A stretch of 45,704 nucleotides of DNA. Origin: Octopus bimaculoides. Taxonomy: Eukaryota. The stretch is from positions 23,127,740-23,173,443 of the forward strand of contig NC_068991.1 of NCBI RefSeq assembly GCF_001194135.2. Reading direction: 5' to 3'. The position numbers were made by a program, and so were the translations under genes. This document shows, piece after piece, positions 1-11,800 of this stretch (its first letter is position 1; every line of letters begins with the position of its first letter). Under the pieces are notes generated by a model, which ran no database searches, was not told where the DNA came from, and worked only from the letters and a program-made list of their open reading frames with translations.

Positions 1-165
1 TCTCATGATTAGAATTTTTTTAGGGTGTGTAAAGAGGGAAAGAACCCTCATGTGCAATTTTGATGAAATTCGAATCATGTATTCCAGTTCCTTACAGAAA
101 ATATAACAGAAAAGTCTCATTTTTCAATTGCATGTAACACGGGCAACGCCGGGTATCTCTGCTTC
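1..165 (+). mobile_element. Probable 3' end of a non-autonomous Helitron-like repeat
   Basis: AACACGGGCAACGCCGGGTATCTCTGCT resembles the GC hairpin near Helitron 3' ends, but the CTRR terminus is degenerate. Confidence 0.35.
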
Positions 166-283
166 GTTCCGTTGTCTGTAGTTTATTGTTCTAACGTCCT
201 GTACCCTGATATGCATGTCTATACACATGTAGATGTGAGTATGTACATATATGTGTGTATACATGTATATATATTCTTTGTAT

Positions 284-315
<32 letters not shown>

Positions 316-3300
316 TCAATGCACATATATACACACAAACATACATACAATGTTCAAAATTGCATAACCCTAACCCTTATTATGAAAACCATGAAATATT
401 TAAGTTTTTATCGAGTACTCTCTTAAGAGCCATAATGAATGAAATGCTGTTCTCACATCTGGGACAATGCTGTTATTGCACACATGAACAACCTAGACTT
501 CATCCAACTAATTGGCAAAATTTCATTCACCAACCCAATAGTCTTTTCTTTTATTTGCCCACAAGTACACTATTGCCTCAGTATCCCTTTTCTACAGCTA
601 TTACAATAGCCTCGGCTCGTTTTAACTAACTTGTTGCATATCACCATCACACAGGTCAAGCAGTCTCTCTTGTCACCCATACTGTTTCTGTCCTTTGCAT
701 TAACCACTTGTACTCCATAATTCTTCACCTACAGAAGTTCAACTCTCAGAAATTCTCTTCCCACAAACGTACACTCACAAATTCGTTAAACTGAACACTT
801 CCTATAGCAATCTGACTAGCCCCTGGGCTGCAAAAGTCACGAGCATTACTCACCCCACCTAACTAAACCATTCAAAAGATTGTCTGAGAGCATGTTTTGC
901 ATTACTAAATGATGCTTTTGCTTTCTAATTCATTAATAAATAAGCAAAACATTATTCAAAGTATATGGGAAAACATTTCATTTAGGCATGCTTCGTTAAA
1001 CAAATAAGTGGAATAACTGCTGCCCTGTTTAACGAGTTTCTTTCTTCTAATTCTATTTACATAAGAATACGCCTTGTACGTGTCTGGTACTTCATTTCAT
1101 CGACCGCAGAAAGATGAAAGGCAAAGCTGACCTCAGCGAATCGGAATACCTGGTTTGTGGATGTAGATATTGTATTGCTCTTTTATTCGAAGAAAAATTA
1201 ATCGAGCTATTAACCGAACTAGTAGCCATCTTCGATCAGGATAGATCTTGAACTCAGAAATGAGAGATGAAACTAAACTATGCTAGGCATTTAGTCCAGC
1301 GACCTACCTTTTAACAGACTGATGAGATAGACAGAAGGATAAAAATGAAGGAAATGTTTGTGAGAGAGAAAGGTAAAACCAGACTCTTAAAAAGGTGAGA
1401 CAGAAAGATAGAATAAAGGAGACGCAGCAGGTAGAGTTAGAGAATTGCTATGTAGACAAGTCTATATATATGTGTGTACGTGTGTGCATATATACACGTC
1501 TATGCGTGTCTGTATGCATACATGTGTGTGCAAGTGTATGCATATGTGTGTGTGTAGTTGTAGTCGCTGCAGTTTTAGTATAGCTGTTCCTTCAAGTCCT
1601 ATAACTCACAAGAAAGTAAATGGGTGGGCTACAAAAATGTGAAAATTTGAAATTTAGAGAGACAAAAATATCGCGGAATCGTTAAAAGAAAAAGAGAAAC
1701 TACCTTTTCCTTTCATATGAGATATGGGACTTCGAAGGACAGTTATATATATCACCATCATTATCATTTAACATCTATGTTCCATGAAACATGACTGGAC
1801 GGTTTAACATGAGCCGATGGGCCCGAGGACAGCATCGTATTCCAGTGTCTGCTTTAGTATAGTTTCTACAGCTGGATGCCTTTCCTAACACCAACTTCAC
1901 AAATATCTGCCTTTAAAAATTTTTTTTTTTTTTTTAGACATCAGTACTAGTAAGGTTGTCATACAGCTTCCAAGACGGGGCAGTTTTACGCAAGGAGACG
2001 AGGGGTAAGTATAAGAGAAAGGGCTAAAGCAGAACAGGATAATTGCGGAAAAGGAGTTACATGACACATTTTAGAAAAGGTGGAGAGTAATCGAGTGAAG
2101 CAGAAAGAAAAATAAAACAGCGGTGAACAGAGGTATCTAGGTGGACCCTCAAGGTACGAAGTGGAAAGAAACGAGAGGGACAATGGGAGAGGGTGGAGGT
2201 TGCAAGATAGTATGAGGGAAGTAGTTTTCCCTTTCCCAGGAACTTTGCAACACTAATTCATTAGCATTCAATTTTGCTATATTCGTGAAATATGTTCTGT
2301 AATTTATTTCATGAAACTGCAATTCCATATATTCCAGATATTTTGATTTGCTGTAGATTACATACGTGAACAGGGTAGTGGTCGAGGGTTGATCAAATAT
2401 TACCCTTACTATGGGCGAATAACATTGCCTTCATTCTTATTGCTATGAAAATATTTTCCTTTATTTAAAATTCTAGTGATTTTCATTTCCAAAGTCCCTA
2501 AACAGTGAAACATTATTTTGAAAAGTCATTGGTTTTCCTGTAAATCTGAGATTTGAGTTAAAATATGAAATTTTTACAGCCACCGAGTAATTCCTCTATT
2601 TTCAACTCATTTTATTTACAAATTGGTAATCTCAGACAGATCCATTTTTGCTAAAGGTTTCTTGGAGCGCTGTACTATTGTACAAATAATAAAAACAGAA
2701 TGAATTAGTTTGCGTTAGCACATGATCGTTTACAAGAAATAGAGAAGATAAAATTTTCTTCAAAATAATAATTTTTCTGAGCCCCCAAAAATGAAAAAGC
2801 GCTTTAATTCATTCGATTTCGAAACTCAAAACGATACACTATGAAATGGAGGTATTATTGTGGAGTTTTGGAGTAGAGAGAAGACACGACGGAGCCAGAA
2901 AAAAAAAAAGAAAAAAAAAACACGCACACACACATACATAGGTTCAATAGAGAAATGAGCCTGAAAAAGATGACATGGATGTAGAAGAAAAACAGAGGTG
3001 AAAAGAAGCTGGGAGATGTAAGAAACTTGTGATACAATCAGCTGGTCTAATATGAGAGAGCGAAAGAGATTGTGCTATTTACTTTCAATGGTTACATTGC
3101 AAGAGAACGCGACTGAGCCGTATACGGCCCACATAGAAATCAAATACAATTTTTACCCATTCAGAAAGGTTCACCAAATAAGCAGCAAATGTCAAGAAAG
3201 GAGTAGAGTAGAGCATCCGGAATAAATGTATCTGCGGGTGTTCGATGATAAACTCACTTCCCTGTTTGCCGTAATCCTTGTGGGTGAAGCGAACTTCATG

Positions 3301-3399
3301 CCTGAGCATTGTCACAAAGTTAGACAAAACCAACAAAGTGACAGATAACGGAGTTACTTCTTACTGTAAAAACGAAATTCAGCAATAAATATGAAAAGT

Positions 3400-3808
3400 G
3401 GGTGATTGCAGTAGAGTTCCGGTAATATTAGTGACGTAAAACAGAGTTGTTAAGGTTAATTAAGATTTTGTAGTCAAAGTCGTTCCTATGGACGCCTCTA
3501 CACCGACAGTCGATAGGCTGAGTCGCCATGTCATTTCTTGCTATACCGGAAATATCCGATCAAACCCGAAATAAATTTATTTTCTTGATGTTCAGAATTA
3601 ACAATTTTCGTAAGAAATCACTAAAATAAAATATAATTAAATATAATATAACAAGTTTAAATAAAATTACCAAAATTCGAAAAAAAGAGTAAAGAAAATG
3701 AAGCTACGAAAACTATCAAAGTGACGTATGCACAGTTCCGCGCGAACTTGCTCTCCCGCCAAATTTAATGTTTTTCTGGTAAGTTTAGCTACGTTTCAAT
3801 TGTTGAGG
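3400..3808 (+). promoter_or_regulatory. CpG-rich PCLAF promoter with E2F, ATF/CRE and ETS motifs; possibly bidirectional
   Basis: TCCCGCCAAA (rc TTTGGCGGGA, E2F) at 3754-3763; TTCCGCGCGAA at 3736-3746; TGACGT at about 3432 and 3722; CCGGAA at about 3546 and on - at about 3418. CpGs are retained here while flanking DNA is CpG-poor. Confidence 0.65.
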
Positions 3809-3851
3809 ATGGTACGAACACGTGCTGATGGCTGTGCCTCTGTGAGAAAAG
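3809..3851 (+). CDS. PCLAF: PCLAF coding exon 1 (MVRTRADGCASVRK)
   Basis: ATG at 3809; donor AAG|GTAGGC at 3852. Confidence 0.93.
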
Positions 3852-6800
3852 GTAGGCAAATTGTTCAGATTCTACTAATAATTAAATTAAATATTATAGG
3901 AGCTCATCTGAAAACGTTGAAGATGCTTCCTCACAAAATATTTCTCTTCCATGTGGCTTTTCATTCTCTTACCACATGATGAATAATGATCTCCAAATTA
4001 TTGTCTTTGTAATTGACTCTGAAGAATTTCGTAGGCATTTATTCTTATTACAACATAATCGTAGGTGAAATGTATTTTGGTATTCGCATTAACAAAAGAA
4101 TGTCTCATAATTCGAAACGAAGTTAGTGAAATGTGAATTATTAAATCATTCAATACTTCAATGCAGAAAAGTTTAAACTTGGCAACGTTCTATTTTCTGA
4201 ATGCTCTCAAGACAGGCATAAACACCCCAATCTCTATCAAACCTACTTTACACCCTCTAAATGTCTGGTAGTATATATAAAAATATTTGGAAATTATTAT
4301 GAAATGAAGGCCTTGAAGATAATCGAAATTCGGCGGAGGTGAAGAATACGTACACCACCGGTTTTTGGCATAACAAAAACCCTAACCCTAACCACCGGGT
4401 GTACGTACTCTTTACCTTCGCCCGAAATTCTATGTAGTTATATGATTTGCAGTCCCGTCGATGTGAAACGTTCTTTTAAAGCGATCGAAAAGAATCATAT
4501 CTGATTTCCTTATTCGTAAGATGTTTCTCAGCTGTTTTCTCAGCTGTTTCCGTATTCCTAATATCACAAATTGTGGTTGAGGAGATGATAAACCTCGTTT
4601 AATCCCTCTTGTCAGAAGAGAAGGGCTATACCCATGACCCTGTTGAGAACATCCGAGGCTAGTGGGAAGGAGGGACGAAGGTATTCCCAAACTGGAGACC
4701 CGTCCTGGATGCTTGTAATAGAAAGATCTCTACCAAAGGCACCAAGGTTCGAACAAATACTGCAAGACATTTTTGTTTCTATGCTTTGACGTTTCCGCCT
4801 GTCTACCGTCCTTGACTGGTATTTTATTTATCGCCAAGCATTTCGTCCGACGTTCTAACGAAGTTAAAACTTTTCTGTCGGTTTTGTTACGCTGGTGGAA
4901 CCGTATCGGTTCACTTAACTCTGATAATGATATGAACGACAGTTTGCCTTTTCCCTCATTGAAAGACCTATTTTTTATGCTTGCTGTGAATAAGTAAGAA
5001 AAGATTCGGATTGTGATATACTGCAAAATATTTAAATAAAACTTCGTGTTTGACGTAAAATATAACATCAACCACAGTTTAATGCACACTTTTCATGGTC
5101 AATGTCTACATATTCTAATAGAAACGAAAAGTCAGTTTTTACTCTGTAAGGACGGGTAAAAAATGAACTGTTGTTATTCTAAGAATATGGTACAAGCACA
5201 TTCTTGTGCTCAGCTAATGATGATTTCTTAGTACAGTCTGTTGTAGATGGTGAATGCAATGATTACTTCAAAACTTAGGTGTACACTTGATTTGTCTGGA
5301 ACTACAGCTTTTGAGATTTCTCAATTGCTTTTTGAGAGTCTTATGAAAGGTACATATTCTTGGTTTTGTGTTAATCTTTGATTTTTGGTGGTTGGTTGGA
5401 AACGTCTGAAATGGCAGCTTGATTAATGTTGAAGTTGCTATTGTAACATTGAGTGGAATGTGACCTTTGTCAATTACTTTGGCATTTTACTGTTTTTTTT
5501 TTTTTTTGCTGAGTGCAAATGTTTGCTGGTTTTCTGTTTTTCTATTTGTTTTTTGTTTTTTTTAAAATTTCTTGTTTACTTGGTTTTATTTCGGTTATGT
5601 ATGGTTATTTTGCATTTGTTCTGGGCTTCTATTTTTTCCGTTAACTGGATCCTCGTTTGAAATGTGTCAATAATTGTGATGAATGCATATACTGCCTTGT
5701 TTATGTTGATGATTGGGGTTAGTAAGGGTCGGTCATATTAGAAGATGGTGTTACTGTTGTTTTTAGCCCCAGGAAGACATTCATATCTATCTCTCTCTTT
5801 ATACACCTATTTATATGCTTATTGAATTTAAAAGTTTAAAGACGTGGTTTCATGCATATCCGGAATCTCCGTCATCTAAAACATAGGGGAAAAAATTCGA
5901 AAAATTTCAAGATTTTAAACGGGAGTGGTGGGTGGATATTCTTTTTTTTTTTTTTTTGCGTATTCGTAATCTCCGACGTCTAAACGTAGGAATCTGGAAA
6001 AGAAAACCTTATCAAAAAATGCATTTTTCAAGGAGAGGTGCAATTCTGCATTAGCTCCATTAACTAGGTGATATAATTAGCAATGAAGACAAGTGTTCTT
6101 GTTAGAGTTTATTACTTTAATAGATCGGTGATGGTGATGTGTATATACGTATATTTAGCTGATGATAGAGATTTCATTTCTTCGGGGCCCAATCGTCATG
6201 ATGGTGAATACTTTTGACAGTGATGTTAGGGTGTTATCTTTGATTCACCTCAATGGACTGTTTCTTTCTGCTTCTGCACTCCCCCCTACATTGTTAAGCT
6301 ATCTTGTTTTCCAAGTTTTTCCTTTTTCTTTTCGTGTACTTTCCATTGTAGTAACTGGAGACTTTTTCTTGTTTGTCATTTGACTGCGGCAATGCTGAAG
6401 CACCGCCTTGAAGGATTTTAGTCAAACGAATCGACCCCCAGGACTTTTTTTAAGGCCTAATACTTATGTCGGGTTCTTTTGCCGAACCGTTAAGTTACGG
6501 GGAGATAAACACACCAACCCTGATTGTCAAGCGGTGATTGGGCACATATATAGCTTTGTGCACCGTGTCAGGCTATATGCACTATTCCACAACACTCCAC
6601 CTGTATCTAACGAAGAGGACTAGTTCACCGACCATCCCACTGGATGCCAGTTCCAAGCAGTCGATCATTTTGCGGGCATCAGCCAACATGTTGGGGACCG
6701 GTTTAACTTTCGCAGGCGTCCCCGACATCTGAACATCTCCCCAGTCGAACTCTCGGCCCTTCGATGTCTCCGACGCTGCAAAGACATTATCATAAAACCG

Positions 6801-8837
6801 GCCGACAATAGTGGAGCCGTGGTCGTGTGACGCGCAGACCTCTACAAGGCTGAAGCTCTCCACCAACTTCAAGACACCTCCTTCTTTTGCCCTCTGCCCT
6901 CCAACCCCACACCTAGCTTCCNNNNNNNNNNNNNNNNNNNNNNNNNNNNNNNNNNNNNNNNNNNNNNNNNNNNNNNNNNNNNNNNNNNNNNNNNNNNNNN
7001 NNNNNNNNNNNNNNNNNNNNNNNNNNNNNNNNNNNNNNNNNNNNNNNNNNNNNNNNNNNNNNNNNNNNNNNNNNNNNNNNNNNNNNNNNNNNNNNNNNNN
7101 NNNNNNNNNNNNNNNNNNNNNNNNNNNNNNNNNNNNNNNNNNNNNNNNNNNNNNNNNNNNNNNNNNNNNNNNNNNNNNNNNNNNNNNNNNGTGGCTTCTC
7201 TCCCCTCACACATCCACGACACTAACCATGCTTTTCGTCTTTTCAACTCTTTCTCCTTCCCTCCTGGTCTCTCTAAACTTCTCTCACTCTTGATATCAAG
7301 AGTCTATATACAGTGATCCCACACAACGAAGGACTTCTTGCTCTCAAACACTTCCTAGACCTTCGACCCAACCTTCAACTGCTTCTTGTTTGCGAGGGAG
7401 TTTTACCAACATGTCTCGGGAGTAGCTATCAGAACAAGAATGGGCTCCAACTATGTGAATCTGTTTGTTCGCTACGTTGAGGCCCAAATATTTTCAAGGT
7501 TCACTGGTCTCACTCCAGAACTATATGGTTGTTATATTGATGACTTTATCGGCATGACCTTGCTCTCCCACGAGCAACTTTTGTCCAACCCCTCGAATTC
7601 TCCTGCACCATTCCAACACTTTCATCACCTTTCTCGACATTTCAGCCAACATGCACAACTCCGCTCTCACTACCTCCCCCCACCCTACCCACACCAAGCT
7701 CTCCATTCCCTACTCCCAATTCCTCCGTCTGTGCAGGTTCTGCAGTGACAACCATGACTTTGAGTCTCAGCTCATGGCTTGCCGCTTTATTCTTCGTGGA
7801 TATCTCCTCATCACTATCCACACCGCCCTCACCAGAGCACATTCTGTGGACTGTGCCTCTGCTCTCTCCTCACACCCACTCCGCCGTTGCCCGTCTCGTG
7901 TTTACCCTCTCCAGCGCATCATTCTCCAAGCCTTCCAGTGACTCCAGTTCAACCCCTCCACTTTGAACATCTTCCCCAACCTTCTCACCTTCAAACGAGT
8001 CCACAACCTACGGGACCTCCTGGTCCACAGTTTCTTCCCTAATGTCACCTCCCAACCTGGCTTGTTCCCCTGCTCCCACCCATGCTGCCGCACTTGCCCC
8101 TACCTCTCCAACACCACCATCTTCACAGGTACCCATCATCGTCCTTATCATGTCATTCCTTTACCTGCACTTCTAGCAACATCATTTACTGCATCACCTG
8201 CTCTTTCTGTCCTTCTCTGTACATCCGTCAAACAGGACGCCACTTGGCTGAATGGTTCACAGAGCACCTCTGAGACATTAGGCTCAGCAATGACGCCCCA
8301 GTCTGGTGCCATTTTCACTCTACTGGTCATTCATTACAACACCTGTCTGTTCAGATTGTTTTTGCACAGGGGCCATCCGGACTCTTGCATTCACCATGAA
8401 CAGGAGTTAATCTTCACTCCTATCCACCTCTCCTCTCTTGCCCTGACACCTACTTTCTTCACTCTTACCCACCTTCTCCCATCATTGATACCCCCTCCAT
8501 CAACCCACACCCACTCGCCACACCATCATCCACACACGCATGCATCCACATGTCAGTCACCAGCCCCTATCTACATGCACACGCGCACCTTCAATTTGGG
8601 ATCACCAGTACTTTATCTCCCCTTCTCCCTAGCTCTCCTGTCTAACCACCTTTGTCCAACCAGTTGCCATGATTGACTGTTAACTCCACAAGTTTTTTTT
8701 TATTCTCTTTCTGTTTATTTCCTTGTGTTCCTTTTTGTTGAAGAGCGTAGGCTCAAAACATAAAAGATTTTCACTTTCTTGAGTGTCAAACTAATACACC
8801 TGCTTGTTGTTTATACACTTGTTTTTCGGTAAATTTC

Positions 8838-8892
<55 letters not shown>

Positions 8893-11800
8893 TGACAAGC
8901 TTCTTTCAGTTTCCATCTACCAAATCCACTCACAAAGCTTTGGTTAACCTAAGGCTATAGAAGACACTTGCCCAAGTTTCCACACAGTGGGGCAGAACAG
9001 GGAACCGTGTGGTTGAGAAGCAAGCTGCTTACCATGCAGCCATGCCAGCACTGAGCAATTCATTTGATTTGGGTAACATTACCAGTACAACACCTGTTTT
9101 TCAAAAGCAGGATGCTTTGTTTCAGTGAACTTCTTCTAAATGCTCCAGCATCTGTAACTGAAGGCTAGATGAAATGATAACACAAAAATACCTGCTGTAT
9201 TTTAGAACTTCCACTTTATGATTTGTTTGTCCAGTACCATATCCATTCTTGTGTGTGGGCTACTGTCTTTTATCTGCAAATCCTAAATGTTTTCATTCAA
9301 TGCAGTCTAATCATAGAAATCATATTTTAACAACTATCAAAGTAATTCCTGATATTTCGGTGGAGTATCCCTTGGCTTGCCTTGGAATTTTTTAAAATTA
9401 AAGATTTATGTTTCTCAACCCATGTGTCTCTGCATCTTATGCTCTTGGAATTCACTTTTGGTGCAAAGAAGTTACCTTGCTGTTCACATACAGGATTGAT
9501 AAAAGCTGTGATTTATGATTTTAGAATAAAAATAAGATATCTAATTCCTGTCTATGCCAAGATTTGTAGTTGATGGCAGAAAAGTCAATAAAAAATTTAT
9601 ACTTTCATCTTGAAGAGATGACAGTTGTGAAGAAATAAATATATACAAAGAGGCTTTAGTTTAAAATTATTGGTTACTTAAAGGGAAAGGTGCCATTCTG
9701 TATGCTAATTTTCCATCCCTGATTCTACCTGTTTTCATTTATTCAGCTGTGGCTGCTCGGGCACCCCGCAAAAGTCTTGGTCCTTGCACCAGCTCAGAAC
9801 CCTCATCACCAAGTACATCAAGTAAGTTCAATTTTTCCTTTATTAACCAAACTCTGCTGCAATAGTGGACAGTATTTTAAGTATTTTGCACTTTTGCTTT
9901 TACATTTTTGTTGTTTTATTATTAAGGTGGAGAACTGGCAGGATCGTTAGCACACAGGGTGAAATGCTTAGTGGCATTTGGTTCATCTTTACAGTCTGAG
10001 TTTAAATTCTGTTGGGGTCAACTTTGCCTTTCATCCTTTTGGGATCAATAAATTAAATTAAGTATTTGAGCAATGTGTCCCGTAATAGAATATCAGTCTG
10101 TTGTGATAAGTATTTTCAGATCTGATTTCTTATTTTTGAACACTTAAGTAAAGTTTTTTTTGTCCAGAAACTCAGAGAAGCTAATAGGGTATTTGATCAA
10201 ATAGTCAAAGTAAACTTTGAGCTTCTCTAATATCACTTAATGCCCATCTTCCACACTGACACAGGTTGTATGATTTGACAGGATCCAGTCTGAGTTTAAA
10301 TTCTGCTGGGGTCAATTTTGCCTTTCATCCTTTTGGGATCAATAAATTAAATACCAGTGAAGCATTTGGGGTCGATGTAATTGACTAGTCCCCTCCTCCA
10401 AAATTTTAGGCCTTGTACCTATAGTAGAAAAGATTATTATTATTATTAAAAGTGGCAAACTAGTAGAATCATTATCTGTTGGGCAAAATACTTAGCAGTA
10501 TTTCTTCTGACTCTTTATGTTCTGTGTTCAAATTCCACCATAGTCAACTTTACTTTTCATCCTTTTAAGGGTCAATAAAATTTGTGCACTGGATTTTATG
10601 TAACCAACTTTCTTTTCCCCCTCAAAGTTGCTGGTTTTAAGATTAAAAAAAAATTGTTATTGCTCTTTATGTTCTTAGTTCAAATCTCACTAAGGTCGAC
10701 TTTTTCATTCTTCCAAGGTCTATAAAGTATATACCAGCGAAATACTGAAGTTGGTGGTACTATTAACTCCTTTGCTCCAAATTGCTGGTCTTGTGCCTAA
10801 TCAGAAATGTTGTTTCTGCAAATTTTGCTTTTGCATAATCAAGTATGATATTAGCTGGCTAGTGGAGTGTTAAGTGCCTTATGCATGACTATTTTTTGAG
10901 TGGTAAACATGGGTGTATTTTTGTTTAGTCAGGTCAAAGGCATTCCTGTTGTGCTCTTGATATCTAGGATTACACTGCACACCCATTTTGGTGTGATTAC
11001 CTTTCAAAACTGATTTATCAAATTTTGTCTTTTTGTCTGTTGTTGGATGAAAACTGAAGAGAGGTATAAATTAATTTCTTTCATACAGACAAATATTCAG
11101 GAGGTAACCCTGTCTGTTCACGGCCAACTCCAGAATGGCAGAAGAATATTACAAATTTTTTCAAGTCTAATGGCAGCAACAACAACAAAAGTAGTGAAAA
11201 CAGCACTATTCAGAAAATTGGAGATCAAACAACTTCAGAGGAGAGGTGAGTACTTATTTTCAACTGATTTGTGTGAAGGCTGCTACTACATAGAACAGTT
11301 AGTTTTCTCTAAACCTTTCATGCACTTTTATTTCAATATCTAATAATTTCAAACAATCTTCTTCTTATGAACTAACTGCTTGAAATTTTAGTTATAGTTT
11401 AAAAAAGGAAATGGGGGAGTTCCAACATTTACATAGTACCAATTAGCCCAATCTTATCCATGTTTTCAAACTGCATGCAGTATACATCTAGCATTGAATG
11501 TTAACATTACAATTACACTTCGCACATATGTCAAGGTCACTATCGGCTAGAAATACCAACTAAATCTCTCTGAAATAATTCCCTCTCATTACAAAGAAGT
11601 GTACTGTGGGAGTAGTGATACAAAATAAATATCTACATATAATTATTCTAACTGAAAATAATCTCCTGATCAAATTTAGCAGTTTGTTCTTATATGTCAA
11701 CAAAGCCTTGGTGTTCATAAAAACATTATGTCTCCCATTCAGTGAGGAAGTAGATGTTAGGTATTTGAGCATGTGTCCCGTAATAGAATATCAGTCTGTT

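Noticed and set aside
361-380. TAACCCTAACCCT telomere-like sequence
   Set aside because: Only two units with no structural context; expected by chance or as a repeat remnant.
172-629. ORFs rich in YIYI/THTH (also 1395-1642, 17442-19091, 37697-37936, 45066-45467)
   Set aside because: They are translations of di- and trinucleotide microsatellites.
778-800. 23-nt minus-strand micro-exon candidate (TAG|...|GTGAGT) for the putative divergent gene
   Set aside because: The joined peptide is unrecognisable, and the region looks like decayed repeat sequence.
3728-3979. 83-aa ORF with an in-frame ATG 27 codons upstream of the PCLAF start
   Set aside because: The upstream part overlaps the E2F promoter motifs. 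Homology begins exactly at MVRT (3809), and the downstream part is intron after the 3852 donor.
6811-7293. ORFs spanning the N run
   Set aside because: They are open only because of the assembly gap; they belong to the PLE.
7963-8676. 237-aa ORF, the longest in the track
   Set aside because: It is a mixed-frame read through the decayed PLE endonuclease and its pyrimidine-rich 3' region; the GIY-YIG motifs lie in other frames with stops.
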